This document shows, one piece after another, positions 46,485 through 56,088 of a DNA stretch of 64,000 nt. The stretch's first letter is position 1. Each line of letters begins with the position of its first letter. Where the stretch lies: the IMG/VR virus record IMGVR_UViG_3300049215_000771, positions 468,730 through 532,729 of that record, one strand, 5' to 3'. The translations under genes were made by a program, and so were the position numbers. The notes under the pieces are model-generated. The model searched no databases and was not told the DNA's origin. It saw nothing but the letters and a program-made list of their open reading frames with translations.

Positions 46485-47003
46485 ATGTCAACAAAACTGA
46501 AAGAATATGTCGTCGTTCACACTCGTCGCATTGACGTGGATGGGGCTTATGACGACGTGTTGCTCATTCACAAAGACAAACCCGCCTGGCAGAAAGGGCG
46601 GCTGAATCTTGTTGGGGGCAAGGTCGAGGAAAATGAAAGTCCCCTGCAATGTGCCGTGCGAGAACTCAAGGAGGAAGCGGGCCTGGACCCAATCCCGTCC
46701 CAGCCGGTGTTGCACTGCGGGATGATTTTCGGCGTGGATTGCATCATTCATTGCATTCGGGTGGATGTGGACCCGTATGACAGTCAAACGCTTCAGCCTC
46801 GTGAGGGTGAAACCGAGAAGGTGGAGTGGTTTACCTTCAAGGAGGCATGGGCTGACGACCGCCTGATGCCCAATCTGAAGGTTATTGTGCCGATGCTTCA
46901 TTTGGGAGTTACGGGATGGAAGTTGGTGGACCAAACTTCATCTTCCGATATTCATGGGGTGATCGTACAATTGCCTATCATGAAGCCGTTTACCAACGGA
47001 TAG
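46485..47003 (+). CDS. NUDIX hydrolase
   Basis: GGKVEENESPLQCAVRELKEEAGL. Confidence 0.92.
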   Translation: MSTKLKEYVVVHTRRIDVDGAYDDVLLIHKDKPAWQKGRLNLVGGKVEENESPLQCAVRELKEEAGLDPIPSQPVLHCGMIFGVDCIIHCIRVDVDPYDSQTLQPREGETEKVEWFTFKEAWADDRLMPNLKVIVPMLHLGVTGWKLVDQTSSSDIHGVIVQLPIMKPFTNG

Positions 47004-47010
47004 ATATTCC

Positions 47011-48561
47011 ATGCGAGAACCCACCCCCGAAGAACAAGCACGCATCGACGGATTCGGTGCGGGTGCCGACAATACTCCAAAATTCGAGTGGGACGATTCG
47101 TTCCAGTCGAAACTCCTGGGGTCGCTGCTCACCGACCGTTTCGTGCTTGTTCAAAGTCAGGACAAGATCAAGCCGGCGTACTTCTCCAACGAAGCCTACG
47201 TCATGATCTGTAAGATTTTGTTTGAGTATTTTCAGAAACAGAAGGACGTGCCGCCCGCCTGGGTGCTGAAACAGGAACTCTCCGACCAACTGAATGACCG
47301 GGATAAAGCCGTCCAGATTCACTACCTGGGGCAGTTGGAATCCCTCTACACCTTCCACGTTCCCGGCCTCGACACTCGTGAGTACCTTTGCGACAAGATC
47401 ACCTACTTCGCCAAGGTCCAGGCCGTCAAAGTCGCCTTCCACAAGTGCGTCGAGAAGATGAATGAAGCCCCTGAAGACGACAAAACTTGGTCATTTGTGT
47501 ACGATCAGATGCGCCAGGCCATGATTGTTGAACGCAATTTCGAGCCGGGCCTGGAATACTTCTTGAATATCGACGAGATGTTCCGTCGAATGCGAGAAAT
47601 CTTTCAGGGCAAAGATCGTTTCACCAGTGCTTTTGAAACGATTGACAACGCCCTCACAGGTGGAGGTTTCTTTCCCGGCCAGATTGTGGCCTGGATCGGC
47701 TTGCCGGGTAGTGGCAAATCGCTGGCCTTGGTGAAAGCTGCCGTGGCGAACGTGTTGCTGGGGCATAAGGTTTTGTATCTCACGATGGAAATGGACGAGG
47801 TTGGTATCGCCCAGCGTTTCACCAGCCAGATGTTGAAGAAGGACATCAACAACTTGCTCAACATGGAAGTTGAAATCAAGAAAGATATTGAGGAGTTTTG
47901 TTTCGACAAGGCCGACAAGAATCTTCTGCGTATTACGCAGTTCCCTGGTGGTATGTTGACGGTCAATCATATTCGTGCATATCATAACCAGTTGGTGTTG
48001 CGTGGCTGGAAGCCAAACCTTATCATCATCGACTATGTTGGCGAAATGGCCGACGACCCGAACTTGAAGAAGTACGAGTCGGCCTACCGAATCCTTCGTG
48101 ATTTGCGGGCCTTCGGCATTGAGGAGAAACACGGCACCATGACCGCCATTCAGCCCAATGCGTCGGCAGCGAAACTGGAAATCGGCCAGTACATCGACGA
48201 GTCCAACATCGGCACGTCGTTCGATCAGTTCAAGCCGTTGGACGCATTCTGGTCCATCAACCAGCAGACAATCGAGAAGGATGCGGAAGTCGGGCGTGGG
48301 TTCATCATCAAGCATCGAAACGGTGCTTCTCGGAAGCCTTTCCGTATTGGTTTTGATTATCGGTTGGGCACTTTGGATATTTTCGAGATCAGCAAGGACA
48401 AGTATCGAGAGGCGATGAACGCCATTCAGGACAAGAAGTCGGATGAGGTTCAAATCGACACGGTGAATATGGGCAAGGGCGGCAAGAAACAGCGCAGCCG
48501 CAGTGGGTTCAAACCGAACGCAGCGATTGATCCGACTGAGGAAGAACTGCGTGGGGAATAA
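47011..48561 (+). CDS. Replicative DnaB/gp41-like helicase
   Basis: GLPGSGKS, YLTMEM, IIIDY, KHRNG. Confidence 0.92.
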   Translation: MREPTPEEQARIDGFGAGADNTPKFEWDDSFQSKLLGSLLTDRFVLVQSQDKIKPAYFSNEAYVMICKILFEYFQKQKDVPPAWVLKQELSDQLNDRDKAVQIHYLGQLESLYTFHVPGLDTREYLCDKITYFAKVQAVKVAFHKCVEKMNEAPEDDKTWSFVYDQMRQAMIVERNFEPGLEYFLNIDEMFRRMREIFQGKDRFTSAFETIDNALTGGGFFPGQIVAWIGLPGSGKSLALVKAAVANVLLGHKVLYLTMEMDEVGIAQRFTSQMLKKDINNLLNMEVEIKKDIEEFCFDKADKNLLRITQFPGGMLTVNHIRAYHNQLVLRGWKPNLIIIDYVGEMADDPNLKKYESAYRILRDLRAFGIEEKHGTMTAIQPNASAAKLEIGQYIDESNIGTSFDQFKPLDAFWSINQQTIEKDAEVGRGFIIKHRNGASRKPFRIGFDYRLGTLDIFEISKDKYREAMNAIQDKKSDEVQIDTVNMGKGGKKQRSRSGFKPNAAIDPTEEELRGE

Positions 48562-48564
48562 AAC

Positions 48565-49098
48565 ATGAATGATGCACCCATTGAAAAAGTTACAGTCCAA
48601 GTGCGGGGGAAGGATGTTATCCTTGATCCCGACAACATGAAGTTCAGCGATGCGTCCTTGTCAGAGTACATGGACAAGGAGTATGGCTGGGTGGATTATT
48701 TCGGCAAACAGTTGGAATTTGCCAACAAGGATTGTCTGGACGCCGAGATTTTGTACGAGGAAGCCTACGCCAAGAAATACTGCGAGGCCAAGGACATGGG
48801 CTGGACGGAAACCCGCTCCAAGCAATTTGCCCTGGCCGATCCCGTTGTGAACCAAGGTCGCAAGGACGTGGCGAAAGCGAAGGAAATTGCTGCGCTTATC
48901 AAAGCCCATTTGAAGGCGTGGGACAAGAACCACGAGAACGCTCAGAACCGTGGGCATACGCTACGCAAGGAGATGGAGAAGTTGCACCGGGAAATCTACA
49001 AGACGCCCGGCCCGCTCCCGGAAGATGCCACGGTCGCTATCGACGAAGATTTTTTCAAGGTGAAGTCTGCGGAGGTTCTTCCCCAAAATGGAGAGTAA
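48565..49098 (+). CDS. UvsY-like helical protein
   Basis: Helical pattern, ALADP, next to helicase. Confidence 0.5.
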   Translation: MNDAPIEKVTVQVRGKDVILDPDNMKFSDASLSEYMDKEYGWVDYFGKQLEFANKDCLDAEILYEEAYAKKYCEAKDMGWTETRSKQFALADPVVNQGRKDVAKAKEIAALIKAHLKAWDKNHENAQNRGHTLRKEMEKLHREIYKTPGPLPEDATVAIDEDFFKVKSAEVLPQNGE

Positions 49099-49333
49099 AT
49101 GGGATTTCCAGACTGCCCTGGGTGACACCATTCGGGAGAAATACGAGTCTTTGTATGTCAAAGTCGTCGAAGTCTCCAACGTAATTAACAGGAAGATGGT
49201 TCGAGGGCAGGCTAATTGGGTTGTTACTTCTCCCGAAGTGGCCTCCATGTTTTTTGAAACAGTTGATGTTGTAGCTGACCAGAAGAAGAAAAAATATCGC
49301 TCCATTGACGACCCCTGGGAATCGTATGAGTGA
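49088..49333 (+). CDS. gp23-like capsid fragment with YRSIDDPW tail
   Basis: EKYESLYVKVVEVSNVINRKMVRGQANWVVTSPEVAS. Confidence 0.7.
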   Translation: MESKWDFQTALGDTIREKYESLYVKVVEVSNVINRKMVRGQANWVVTSPEVASMFFETVDVVADQKKKKYRSIDDPWESYE

Positions 49334-49544
49334 TTACATCCAAAATGCCTTGGATCAATATCAGGCACAACGGGCGGACGAGATGTTCAGAAAGGCTCAG
49401 GAAGCATTGGGGGATATGGTTGTTTTCCTCAAACAGAATCCCATCGTGAGTCCTGGGCGTGACGACTACTTTGCGATGAACAAAGCATGGCTGAAGAAAA
49501 AGAAGAAGAAATATCGGTCAATCGACGATCCGTGGCAGACATGA
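49326..49544 (+). CDS. Small protein with YRSIDDPW tail
   Basis: KKKKYRSIDDPWQT*. Confidence 0.7.
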   Translation: MSDYIQNALDQYQAQRADEMFRKAQEALGDMVVFLKQNPIVSPGRDDYFAMNKAWLKKKKKKYRSIDDPWQT

Positions 49545-49780
49545 CTTACGACGAGATTTGTGAAGCAATTGACAACGGCGTAATCCCTGTTGAGTTTCCC
49601 AAGTGGCAGTGGAATATGACGGATTACGAACATCCGGTGTCGCTTGCTCCCGAAATATACCAAAACAGAAAGGGAATTCTCACCCGATACGGGCGAAAAC
49701 TTCTTGCCGAGCGTGAGGAACGTGAGATCAACGAGAAGAAGAAATACCGCTCGATTGACGACCCCTGGGAGGCGTCATGA
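49541..49780 (+). CDS. Small protein with YRSIDDPW tail
   Basis: KKKYRSIDDPWEAS*. Confidence 0.7.
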   Translation: MTYDEICEAIDNGVIPVEFPKWQWNMTDYEHPVSLAPEIYQNRKGILTRYGRKLLAEREEREINEKKKYRSIDDPWEAS

Positions 49781-50055
49781 AGAAATGCTACAAGTTCAAA
49801 TCCATGCTCGACAGGGATTTGTACATAAACATACCTTCCAGTTCGCACTATCGGATGGTGAAGCCTGGCATGGAGTTTACCTTCGAGGGCGACTGGCATC
49901 CTTATTGGGAAGATTTGATCTACAAAGGCTATGTCGCCCTGGTTGAAATCAATGAACCTCGACAGCCTGTTGACCCCTATTCGCTCCTGACGCCCAATCC
50001 GACGAAACCTGGCAAGTACCGTTCCATTGACGATCCGGGACACTACGATGATTGA
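49777..50055 (+). CDS. Small protein with YRSIDDP tail
   Basis: GKYRSIDDPGHYDD*. Confidence 0.7.
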   Translation: MKKCYKFKSMLDRDLYINIPSSSHYRMVKPGMEFTFEGDWHPYWEDLIYKGYVALVEINEPRQPVDPYSLLTPNPTKPGKYRSIDDPGHYDD

Positions 50056-50686
50056 CCCTACTAAGATCACCAACTATAAGCAGACCCGTCACCAACTCGA
50101 AGAAGTTCTGATCTTCTGGATTTGTGTGGCTGGCAAAACCGCCCTTCAAATTGCACCCCGCCTCGACCGGCTTCTGAAGAAATGGAAGCCTATGGCAATG
50201 GGGAAAAACCCTACGCCATTCGACATCATCAAGCAAATCAACTACCGTGGCAATCTGGCCGAAGAACTGAAATCTCACGGCATTGGTTGCTACAATCAGA
50301 AGGCTCGGTCACTTCTTTGTTTGATATGGGCTGGGTTGGATTTGAAGAAGTGTACGGTCGAAGACCTTGAGAAAATACCAGGCATTGGTCCTAAAACAGC
50401 CCGGTGTTTCCTCATGCACAGCCGCAAGGACGCCGAACACGCCGGCCTGGATACGCATGTCCTTAAATTCATGGGCGACCTGGGGTACGAGGTTCCCAAG
50501 GGCACACCCACTGGCAAGCGTTATCGGGATTTGGAGAAAACCTTCATCATGCTTGCGAGGCGAGTGGGGATGAGCGTGGCGGACTTCGATTTGCTGATCT
50601 GGAACGCTTATTCCGGCAATAAGGGCAAGCCGGAAGATGTTCTGGAGATGTTCGACATCATTCCGTACAGGAGGAAGCTGGCGTGA
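50048..50686 (+). CDS. HhH-GPD DNA glycosylase-like
   Basis: LEKIPGIGPKTA...LDTHV. Confidence 0.85.
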   Translation: MIDPTKITNYKQTRHQLEEVLIFWICVAGKTALQIAPRLDRLLKKWKPMAMGKNPTPFDIIKQINYRGNLAEELKSHGIGCYNQKARSLLCLIWAGLDLKKCTVEDLEKIPGIGPKTARCFLMHSRKDAEHAGLDTHVLKFMGDLGYEVPKGTPTGKRYRDLEKTFIMLARRVGMSVADFDLLIWNAYSGNKGKPEDVLEMFDIIPYRRKLA

Positions 50687-50931
50687 AGCTGGTTGTTCTT
50701 CACAAATATGGTTACATCAGTTGTCAGACGAGTAAGTACCCCACGGGAATTTATTGGCCGGGCGACATCATCGAGGATGATGCGCCCGCCGACAAATACT
50801 TCCAGTGGATTCAGGAAGGGGCTGTAGCGATTGTTCCAGATTCTACGCCGGTCATTATTCGTACTCCTGAACCCGTGAACGGCAGGAAATATAGAACAAT
50901 TGATGACTGGTCGGAATACTACACCGCTTAG
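50683..50931 (+). CDS. Small protein with YRTIDD tail
   Basis: RKYRTIDDW. Confidence 0.65.
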   Translation: MKLVVLHKYGYISCQTSKYPTGIYWPGDIIEDDAPADKYFQWIQEGAVAIVPDSTPVIIRTPEPVNGRKYRTIDDWSEYYTA

Positions 50932-51844
50932 GGATCGGGATGTACGTCCTGGGGTATTCCTTCTGCGGTCCCATGCGGTCGATGATCGGGATGCGATTCG
51001 GCAATCCTCCAAGGAGGCCGAAGATGGCTTTGTCGGGACTTTTGGCGTAGATCAATTCGCCACGTTCCTTGCCGCATTCTTTGGAGATGAAGGCACTCAA
51101 GGAGGCGGCTGTGACAATATCTTCTCCGTTAGGGCAAATGACGGGATCACGGGCTGCCATTGCGCAGAAAACCTTCTCCATGATCTTGCCCTGGGTGCAG
51201 AAGTAGCTGACTTTGCTGGCCGGGCTGCTGGCTGACATCGAGAACAAGTCTTGTTGTTTCGGCGTCAGTGAGGAGATAGGTGGTAGATGAGCGCCGGCGT
51301 GACAACTTGTTTGCCACCAGAAGGTTTCCTGGTCATTTTCTTCGGCGCATTCGGCAAGAATCTTCATGATTCCTGCCCGTTGGCCCAGGCGCATGACGGA
51401 ACCATTCTCGCTGCCGTGCCCGATGGTGTAGATAACGAAGGTATCTCCTGGAGCGGCTTTGACCTTCATTTGTTCGTTGACAAACTTCTTCAAGCCTGAA
51501 AGATCGGTTGGGTCGCTCCACACCATTCGGTCGGTTTTTCCTTTGTCATCGACGTGGAAATTGCCGACATCTTCGATGGTCAAGCCTTTGCTAGACGCCA
51601 ATTTAGCGGCCTGGACGACTTCATTTGCGTCGGTGTTGGCGATAGAATCAGGACAGTGCTTCAGGACGAGAATACGGACGGAAATAGCGGGGAGTGGAAC
51701 TTCTCCGACATATTCGGAGATGGAATTTGTTACAATGATGGGTTTGAACGGCTTCTGTTTGGTTTGTGTCTTTGGTTGAATGCAGATGATTGACGCTACA
51801 ACCAAGGCAAACACTGTTGCCGCAAACAACAAGAATCTTATCAT
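50855..51844 (-). CDS. Membrane-anchored clan CD (caspase-like) peptidase
   Basis: VIYTIGHG and QTSCHAG His/Cys dyad; N-terminal TM. Confidence 0.65.
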   Translation of the reverse strand: MIRFLLFAATVFALVVASIICIQPKTQTKQKPFKPIIVTNSISEYVGEVPLPAISVRILVLKHCPDSIANTDANEVVQAAKLASSKGLTIEDVGNFHVDDKGKTDRMVWSDPTDLSGLKKFVNEQMKVKAAPGDTFVIYTIGHGSENGSVMRLGQRAGIMKILAECAEENDQETFWWQTSCHAGAHLPPISSLTPKQQDLFSMSASSPASKVSYFCTQGKIMEKVFCAMAARDPVICPNGEDIVTAASLSAFISKECGKERGELIYAKSPDKAIFGLLGGLPNRIPIIDRMGPQKEYPRTYIPIPKRCSIPTSHQLFYISCRSRVQEYE

Positions 51845-51889
51845 GGACCTCCTCTCATAATACAAATAGGTAGGGGGAGTAAACGAAAA

Positions 51890-53596
51890 ATGGCAACTGA
51901 ACCATTCAAGCTGAAAGTCTGGCATCTTCATCCAAAGCACGGGCGAGTGATTGCTGCGGAACGTACACTAAATGGCACTGGTCATCCTGGGGCGCTGAAA
52001 CTTTGTGGCCCTTACACCAATGCCAACAAATCTGGCTACTGGTTGTTTCCCCCTGTTGACATCGACATTATGTGGAAGGGTGGTAAGGATTTCGACATCC
52101 GACAGTACGAGAATTGGGACGATGAAGACTATCGCCTGGTTCGCCGGCTTATCTTGCCGCAGGATGCCGCCCATTTGGACGTTTGGAGCCTGGAAGGGGA
52201 AGGTAGGAACAAATTTACTTGGGGAGCGGTGGAAGATGGTGTCGTCCAGATGTGGACGGGAAATATCTTTGAGACACCGCCCGGCTGGTGTTTGCATATC
52301 CGCAGTCCGATCAACTGGCCTCCACGTTCCTGCTATGTGATGGAAGGCGTCCTGGAAACCGACTTCATGCAGCAGGACATCTGGACAAACATTGTTTTCA
52401 CCAAACCTGGTGAGTGGGTGGAGTTCAGGAAAGATGGTTGGCCTCCACTGGCCCAGCTTCAGGTAATTCGTCGTGAAGGGTTTGCCGAGAAGTGGGAAGT
52501 GGAAGAAGAAATGGTGAATCGGGACACGCCGGAAGCAAATCGGGTATTCGAGTATTGGGTGAATTTCAATGAGCAGAAGTTTGCCAAAGGCGGCAAGCAG
52601 GCGTTGTTGCCGGATATGAGTCGCACGAAGGATGGCACCACCTTCTACAAAGAAAAAGCTCGGTGTCTTGGTGGGGCGATGGAACCCAAGGCTGAAGTTA
52701 TTGCGCCGCACGGGTGTCCTTTCCACAAGCCCAAGGACAGAACAGTGGTATTTTGCATCAATGATGCACCACGTTATCAGGAGATGTTCCTGCACGCCGT
52801 TGGGATGTTACGAAAGCACAACGCAACGATACCCGTGAAATTGATATACATTGACGGCAAAGATCAGGATTTCATGCGTGGCTGTGCCAGATATAACGTC
52901 CAGGTTATTCAAAGGCCGTGGTTCCGCCCGGAGGCTCAATACTTCTCGATCAACAAGTATTGGCTGCATGAACTCCAAGAAGATTCTGTGCTATACTTAG
53001 ACGTGGATTTGTTCATTAACGGCGATGTATCGACGTTGTTTGACAAATATCGCACTGAGTTTACGGCGATTGAGAGCAAGTGGGCATATGGCAAGGGCTG
53101 GAAGGATGATTTCTTGCCTAATGGCCACAAGCCGGTCAATTCGGGTGTTCAGTTGTTCCACGGTGGGTATCACCGTAAAATGTTCTCGGCGTTATCAGAA
53201 GCGTTTGACCGTTTGAGTGGGCATGATACACCGCTGGCTCACTGGTCATGGAACTACTACAACGGCTGCTTGCGAGAGGAACTGGCATGTACGTTGATCT
53301 TGTCGGAGATGAATCCAAGTTATTCGTATTTCCAGGCCAGGGATTGTTACAACATTGAGCGAAGTGAGGATGTTGCCAGGTGTCACGAGTCGATCATCTT
53401 CCACAGCTACACTCGGCAGTGGGAGTTGGTGAAACGATGGTATGCACAACGCCGCAAGATGGTCTGGCCGAAACGCCCTGATTGTGGTACAACTTTTTGT
53501 TGTATTCACGAACAAGGAGCGGCCAATGGCTCACATTCGCTGGATGATACGCAGGGACATGCCGGAAGTGATGGAAGCAGAGCGCCTTTGTCATGA
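51890..53596 (+). CDS. DUF6065-like domain fused to a GT-A glycosyltransferase
   Basis: CGPYTNANKSGY...GVLETDF; YLDVD, NSGV, IFH. Confidence 0.7.
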   Translation: MATEPFKLKVWHLHPKHGRVIAAERTLNGTGHPGALKLCGPYTNANKSGYWLFPPVDIDIMWKGGKDFDIRQYENWDDEDYRLVRRLILPQDAAHLDVWSLEGEGRNKFTWGAVEDGVVQMWTGNIFETPPGWCLHIRSPINWPPRSCYVMEGVLETDFMQQDIWTNIVFTKPGEWVEFRKDGWPPLAQLQVIRREGFAEKWEVEEEMVNRDTPEANRVFEYWVNFNEQKFAKGGKQALLPDMSRTKDGTTFYKEKARCLGGAMEPKAEVIAPHGCPFHKPKDRTVVFCINDAPRYQEMFLHAVGMLRKHNATIPVKLIYIDGKDQDFMRGCARYNVQVIQRPWFRPEAQYFSINKYWLHELQEDSVLYLDVDLFINGDVSTLFDKYRTEFTAIESKWAYGKGWKDDFLPNGHKPVNSGVQLFHGGYHRKMFSALSEAFDRLSGHDTPLAHWSWNYYNGCLREELACTLILSEMNPSYSYFQARDCYNIERSEDVARCHESIIFHSYTRQWELVKRWYAQRRKMVWPKRPDCGTTFCCIHEQGAANGSHSLDDTQGHAGSDGSRAPLS

Positions 53597-54023
53597 GGAC
53601 GCTTGGACTGAGGACCAGTTCATCGCTTGTTTGCAACAACGGAATTGCATCGGTATGGTTGCCGAAATTCAGGAGTTCGTTGTTGGGTATATGGTTTACG
53701 AACTCTACAAGAACCATTTGTGGCTGGTAAATCTGGCGGTCCATCCGAAATGGCAGGGCCAGGGTATTGGCCGTGAGATGGTGGAGAAATTGAAAGGCAA
53801 ATTGTCTACTCATCGTCGATCTGCGATACACATGAAAGTTTCTGAGCGCTGCCAAGGCGCTCATTTCTTCCTTCGGAAGATGGGCTTCCGAGCAACAAGG
53901 GTGGAAAGAAACTTCTTTCTTGTAGGCGGGGAGTTTGAAGACGCCTATCACTTCCGCTTCGTGCTGGGCCACCCCTACAGACACGAACGGGCAGTCGAGG
54001 AACTGTTGTGTCAGGGAAAATGA
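53526..54023 (+). CDS. rimI: RimI-like GNAT acetyltransferase
   Basis: HIRWMIRRDMPEV, LAVHPKWQGQGIG, EDAY. Confidence 0.85.
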   Translation: MAHIRWMIRRDMPEVMEAERLCHEDAWTEDQFIACLQQRNCIGMVAEIQEFVVGYMVYELYKNHLWLVNLAVHPKWQGQGIGREMVEKLKGKLSTHRRSAIHMKVSERCQGAHFFLRKMGFRATRVERNFFLVGGEFEDAYHFRFVLGHPYRHERAVEELLCQGK

Positions 54024-54034
54024 GATGGACGAAA

Positions 54035-54472
54035 ATGAGCAACGACCCGAATGATATAGGCTGGGTTGGTTGTTTGATCCCGGTCGTCATTTTCGGAATC
54101 GCTGGCTTGATTGCTTTCGGTATTTATGGCTGTGTTCAACACTTCAAAAATGAACAACTGATCCAAAATACCGTCACCCAGGACAACCACAAAGAAGTTG
54201 TTCGGTTGAAGAAAGATGTCATCACTTGTTTGAAGTTGAGGGCCAAGCACGCTCAGGAGTGGAAGTTCAAAACATGCGATGACTACGAACTCGTCACCAT
54301 CCAGAACTCTCAGGATTGGAACAGCACAGGGCGAGGGAGCGGCTACTGGTCGGATAGTGTAGAAATCTGGATGAAAGTGAAGCGACCTTTTGTCCTAGAG
54401 ATGAACTACAAGAACGAGAAGGGAAACGACAAGTTCTTGTACCTCAAGATGGACTTCATGCCGGACAAGTGA
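54035..54472 (+). CDS. Membrane-anchored hypothetical protein
   Basis: N-terminal TM. Confidence 0.6.
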   Translation: MSNDPNDIGWVGCLIPVVIFGIAGLIAFGIYGCVQHFKNEQLIQNTVTQDNHKEVVRLKKDVITCLKLRAKHAQEWKFKTCDDYELVTIQNSQDWNSTGRGSGYWSDSVEIWMKVKRPFVLEMNYKNEKGNDKFLYLKMDFMPDK

Positions 54473-54525
54473 AAGGAGAGGCCAGGAAATAATCCTGGCC
54501 TCACTCATTTTACAGTTGCCTCAAA

Positions 54526-54873
54526 TCAGGGTACTATGTTGATGTTCACGCAGCCATCGAACGGAATGAAAACCACTCCGTCGTAGCGGAACCAGCAGTA
54601 TTGAACCGGACACCAGTAGCACCAGCACCCATAGCGAACGCTCCAGGAGCGGCAGCTATAGCCGACCCAGGTGGATCGGTAGCAGTAGTGGCGGTAGGTG
54701 TAACCACGATAGCTGTAGCCAAAGTAGTGAACACTGCGGGCACCAGGCGGAACATGGCCTGGATGTCCAGGATGGCCTGGATGTCCTCCGGGATGTCCTC
54801 CACGATGTTGAGCAAGCGCAGGCGAAACGAGGAACAAACAGGCAACAAGGGCTGCCAGAAGATACTTCGTCAT
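54526..54873 (-). CDS. Secreted GHP-repeat, Tyr/Cys/Trp-rich protein
   Basis: Signal peptide, GHP repeats, YGCWCYWCP. Confidence 0.7.
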   Translation of the reverse strand: MTKYLLAALVACLFLVSPALAQHRGGHPGGHPGHPGHPGHVPPGARSVHYFGYSYRGYTYRHYCYRSTWVGYSCRSWSVRYGCWCYWCPVQYCWFRYDGVVFIPFDGCVNINIVP

Positions 54874-54918
54874 AGCTTTACCTCCAAAGAAACACTTCAT
54901 CATATGTAGGAGAGGAAC

Positions 54919-55602
54919 ATGAAACTTATTCTTCGAGATCGAAACCAGGGCATGATTGATGCCTGGAAAGTTCACTTCAAGAACCTTCCTGAAGTTGAAA
55001 TTGGCTGCGGTGATATTTTTGACACCCCCGCTGATGCCATTGTTAGTCCCGCCAACAGTTTTGGTTTCATGAATGGCGGTATTGACCTGGCGTACAGCAA
55101 GCGTTTCGGCTGGCAACTTCAGAACAGGTTACAAAAACACTTGTACGAAAACCATGATGGTGAATTGCCAGTTGGTGAAGCAACTATGATCCCGATTGAG
55201 GTTCCTACCGAATCCTACAAGTACCTGATCTCGGCACCAACCATGAGGGTTCCGACTGACATCGACGGAACCGTGAATGCTTACTTGGCGATGCGTGCGA
55301 TCCTTCGTCTAGTAAAACACTTCAACCAGAAGAACTTGCGCCAGGCCGAGTACGACTCGATACGTTCGGGAAAAACAATCATTCCAGAAGCCATCAATTC
55401 CGTCATTTGTCCAGGTTTGGGCACCGCCATTGGCCGACTTCCGTACAATGTAGCAGCTTACCAGATGCGGGAAGCCTACAGGGTTGTGATGGAAAATCAA
55501 CCACATGATTTTCACGACATCGCCGGCTCGTATTGTTATCACGATGCCATGAGGCGAGGCTTGCCGTATAGGGAGCAAGAAGCGTTATTTGGTGAGGCAT
55601 GA
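54919..55602 (+). CDS. Macro domain ADP-ribosylhydrolase
   Basis: GDI, VSPANSFGFMNGGID, APTMRVP, PGLGT. Confidence 0.92.
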   Translation: MKLILRDRNQGMIDAWKVHFKNLPEVEIGCGDIFDTPADAIVSPANSFGFMNGGIDLAYSKRFGWQLQNRLQKHLYENHDGELPVGEATMIPIEVPTESYKYLISAPTMRVPTDIDGTVNAYLAMRAILRLVKHFNQKNLRQAEYDSIRSGKTIIPEAINSVICPGLGTAIGRLPYNVAAYQMREAYRVVMENQPHDFHDIAGSYCYHDAMRRGLPYREQEALFGEA

Positions 55603-56081
55603 TTCAGTACGTTGACAAGAAGCGTGGCAAGTACCGGAGCATTGACGACGACACGCCACCCGACGCCCCGGATGTGATGACCCTCGATGAGTTCCTGGAG
55701 TTGTTCGACAATGCAGGGACGGTATCATTGTGGGATTTCAACTGCGCCCTGGGCACTACCTGCCGTGAGAAGTATGAAAGTCTGTGGATGAAGTTGCTGG
55801 AACTGGCGGGGGTCATCTCGCAGAAAATTGGCAAACAGATGACTTATTGGGCGGCTGTTCATCCCTGTGTGGGGACTGCTTGTTTTCAGGGGTTCAGTCA
55901 TTCACCCCGGCTTATTCCGATGGGTGGGACCGAACCTATTTACCTGGGAACTCTTTGCCAAAGGATGGAGATTTTCGAGTGTCCTCTACCGGACCCGACC
56001 CGGATTCTGGTAGGATGTGGCAACGAGAAGATGACTCCTGAGCATTACGCCAGATTGTCGTTGTGTAACTACGTTATTTGA
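55599..56081 (+). CDS. gp23-like capsid fragment with N-terminal YRSIDD
   Basis: WDFNCALGTTCREKYESL matches 49088-49333. Confidence 0.7.
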   Translation: MIQYVDKKRGKYRSIDDDTPPDAPDVMTLDEFLELFDNAGTVSLWDFNCALGTTCREKYESLWMKLLELAGVISQKIGKQMTYWAAVHPCVGTACFQGFSHSPRLIPMGGTEPIYLGTLCQRMEIFECPLPDPTRILVGCGNEKMTPEHYARLSLCNYVI

Positions 56082-56088
56082 GGTCAAC

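Noticed and set aside
49290-50040. YRSIDD as a DNA repeat or recombination site
   Set aside because: Synonymous codons vary widely, including both Ser codon families.
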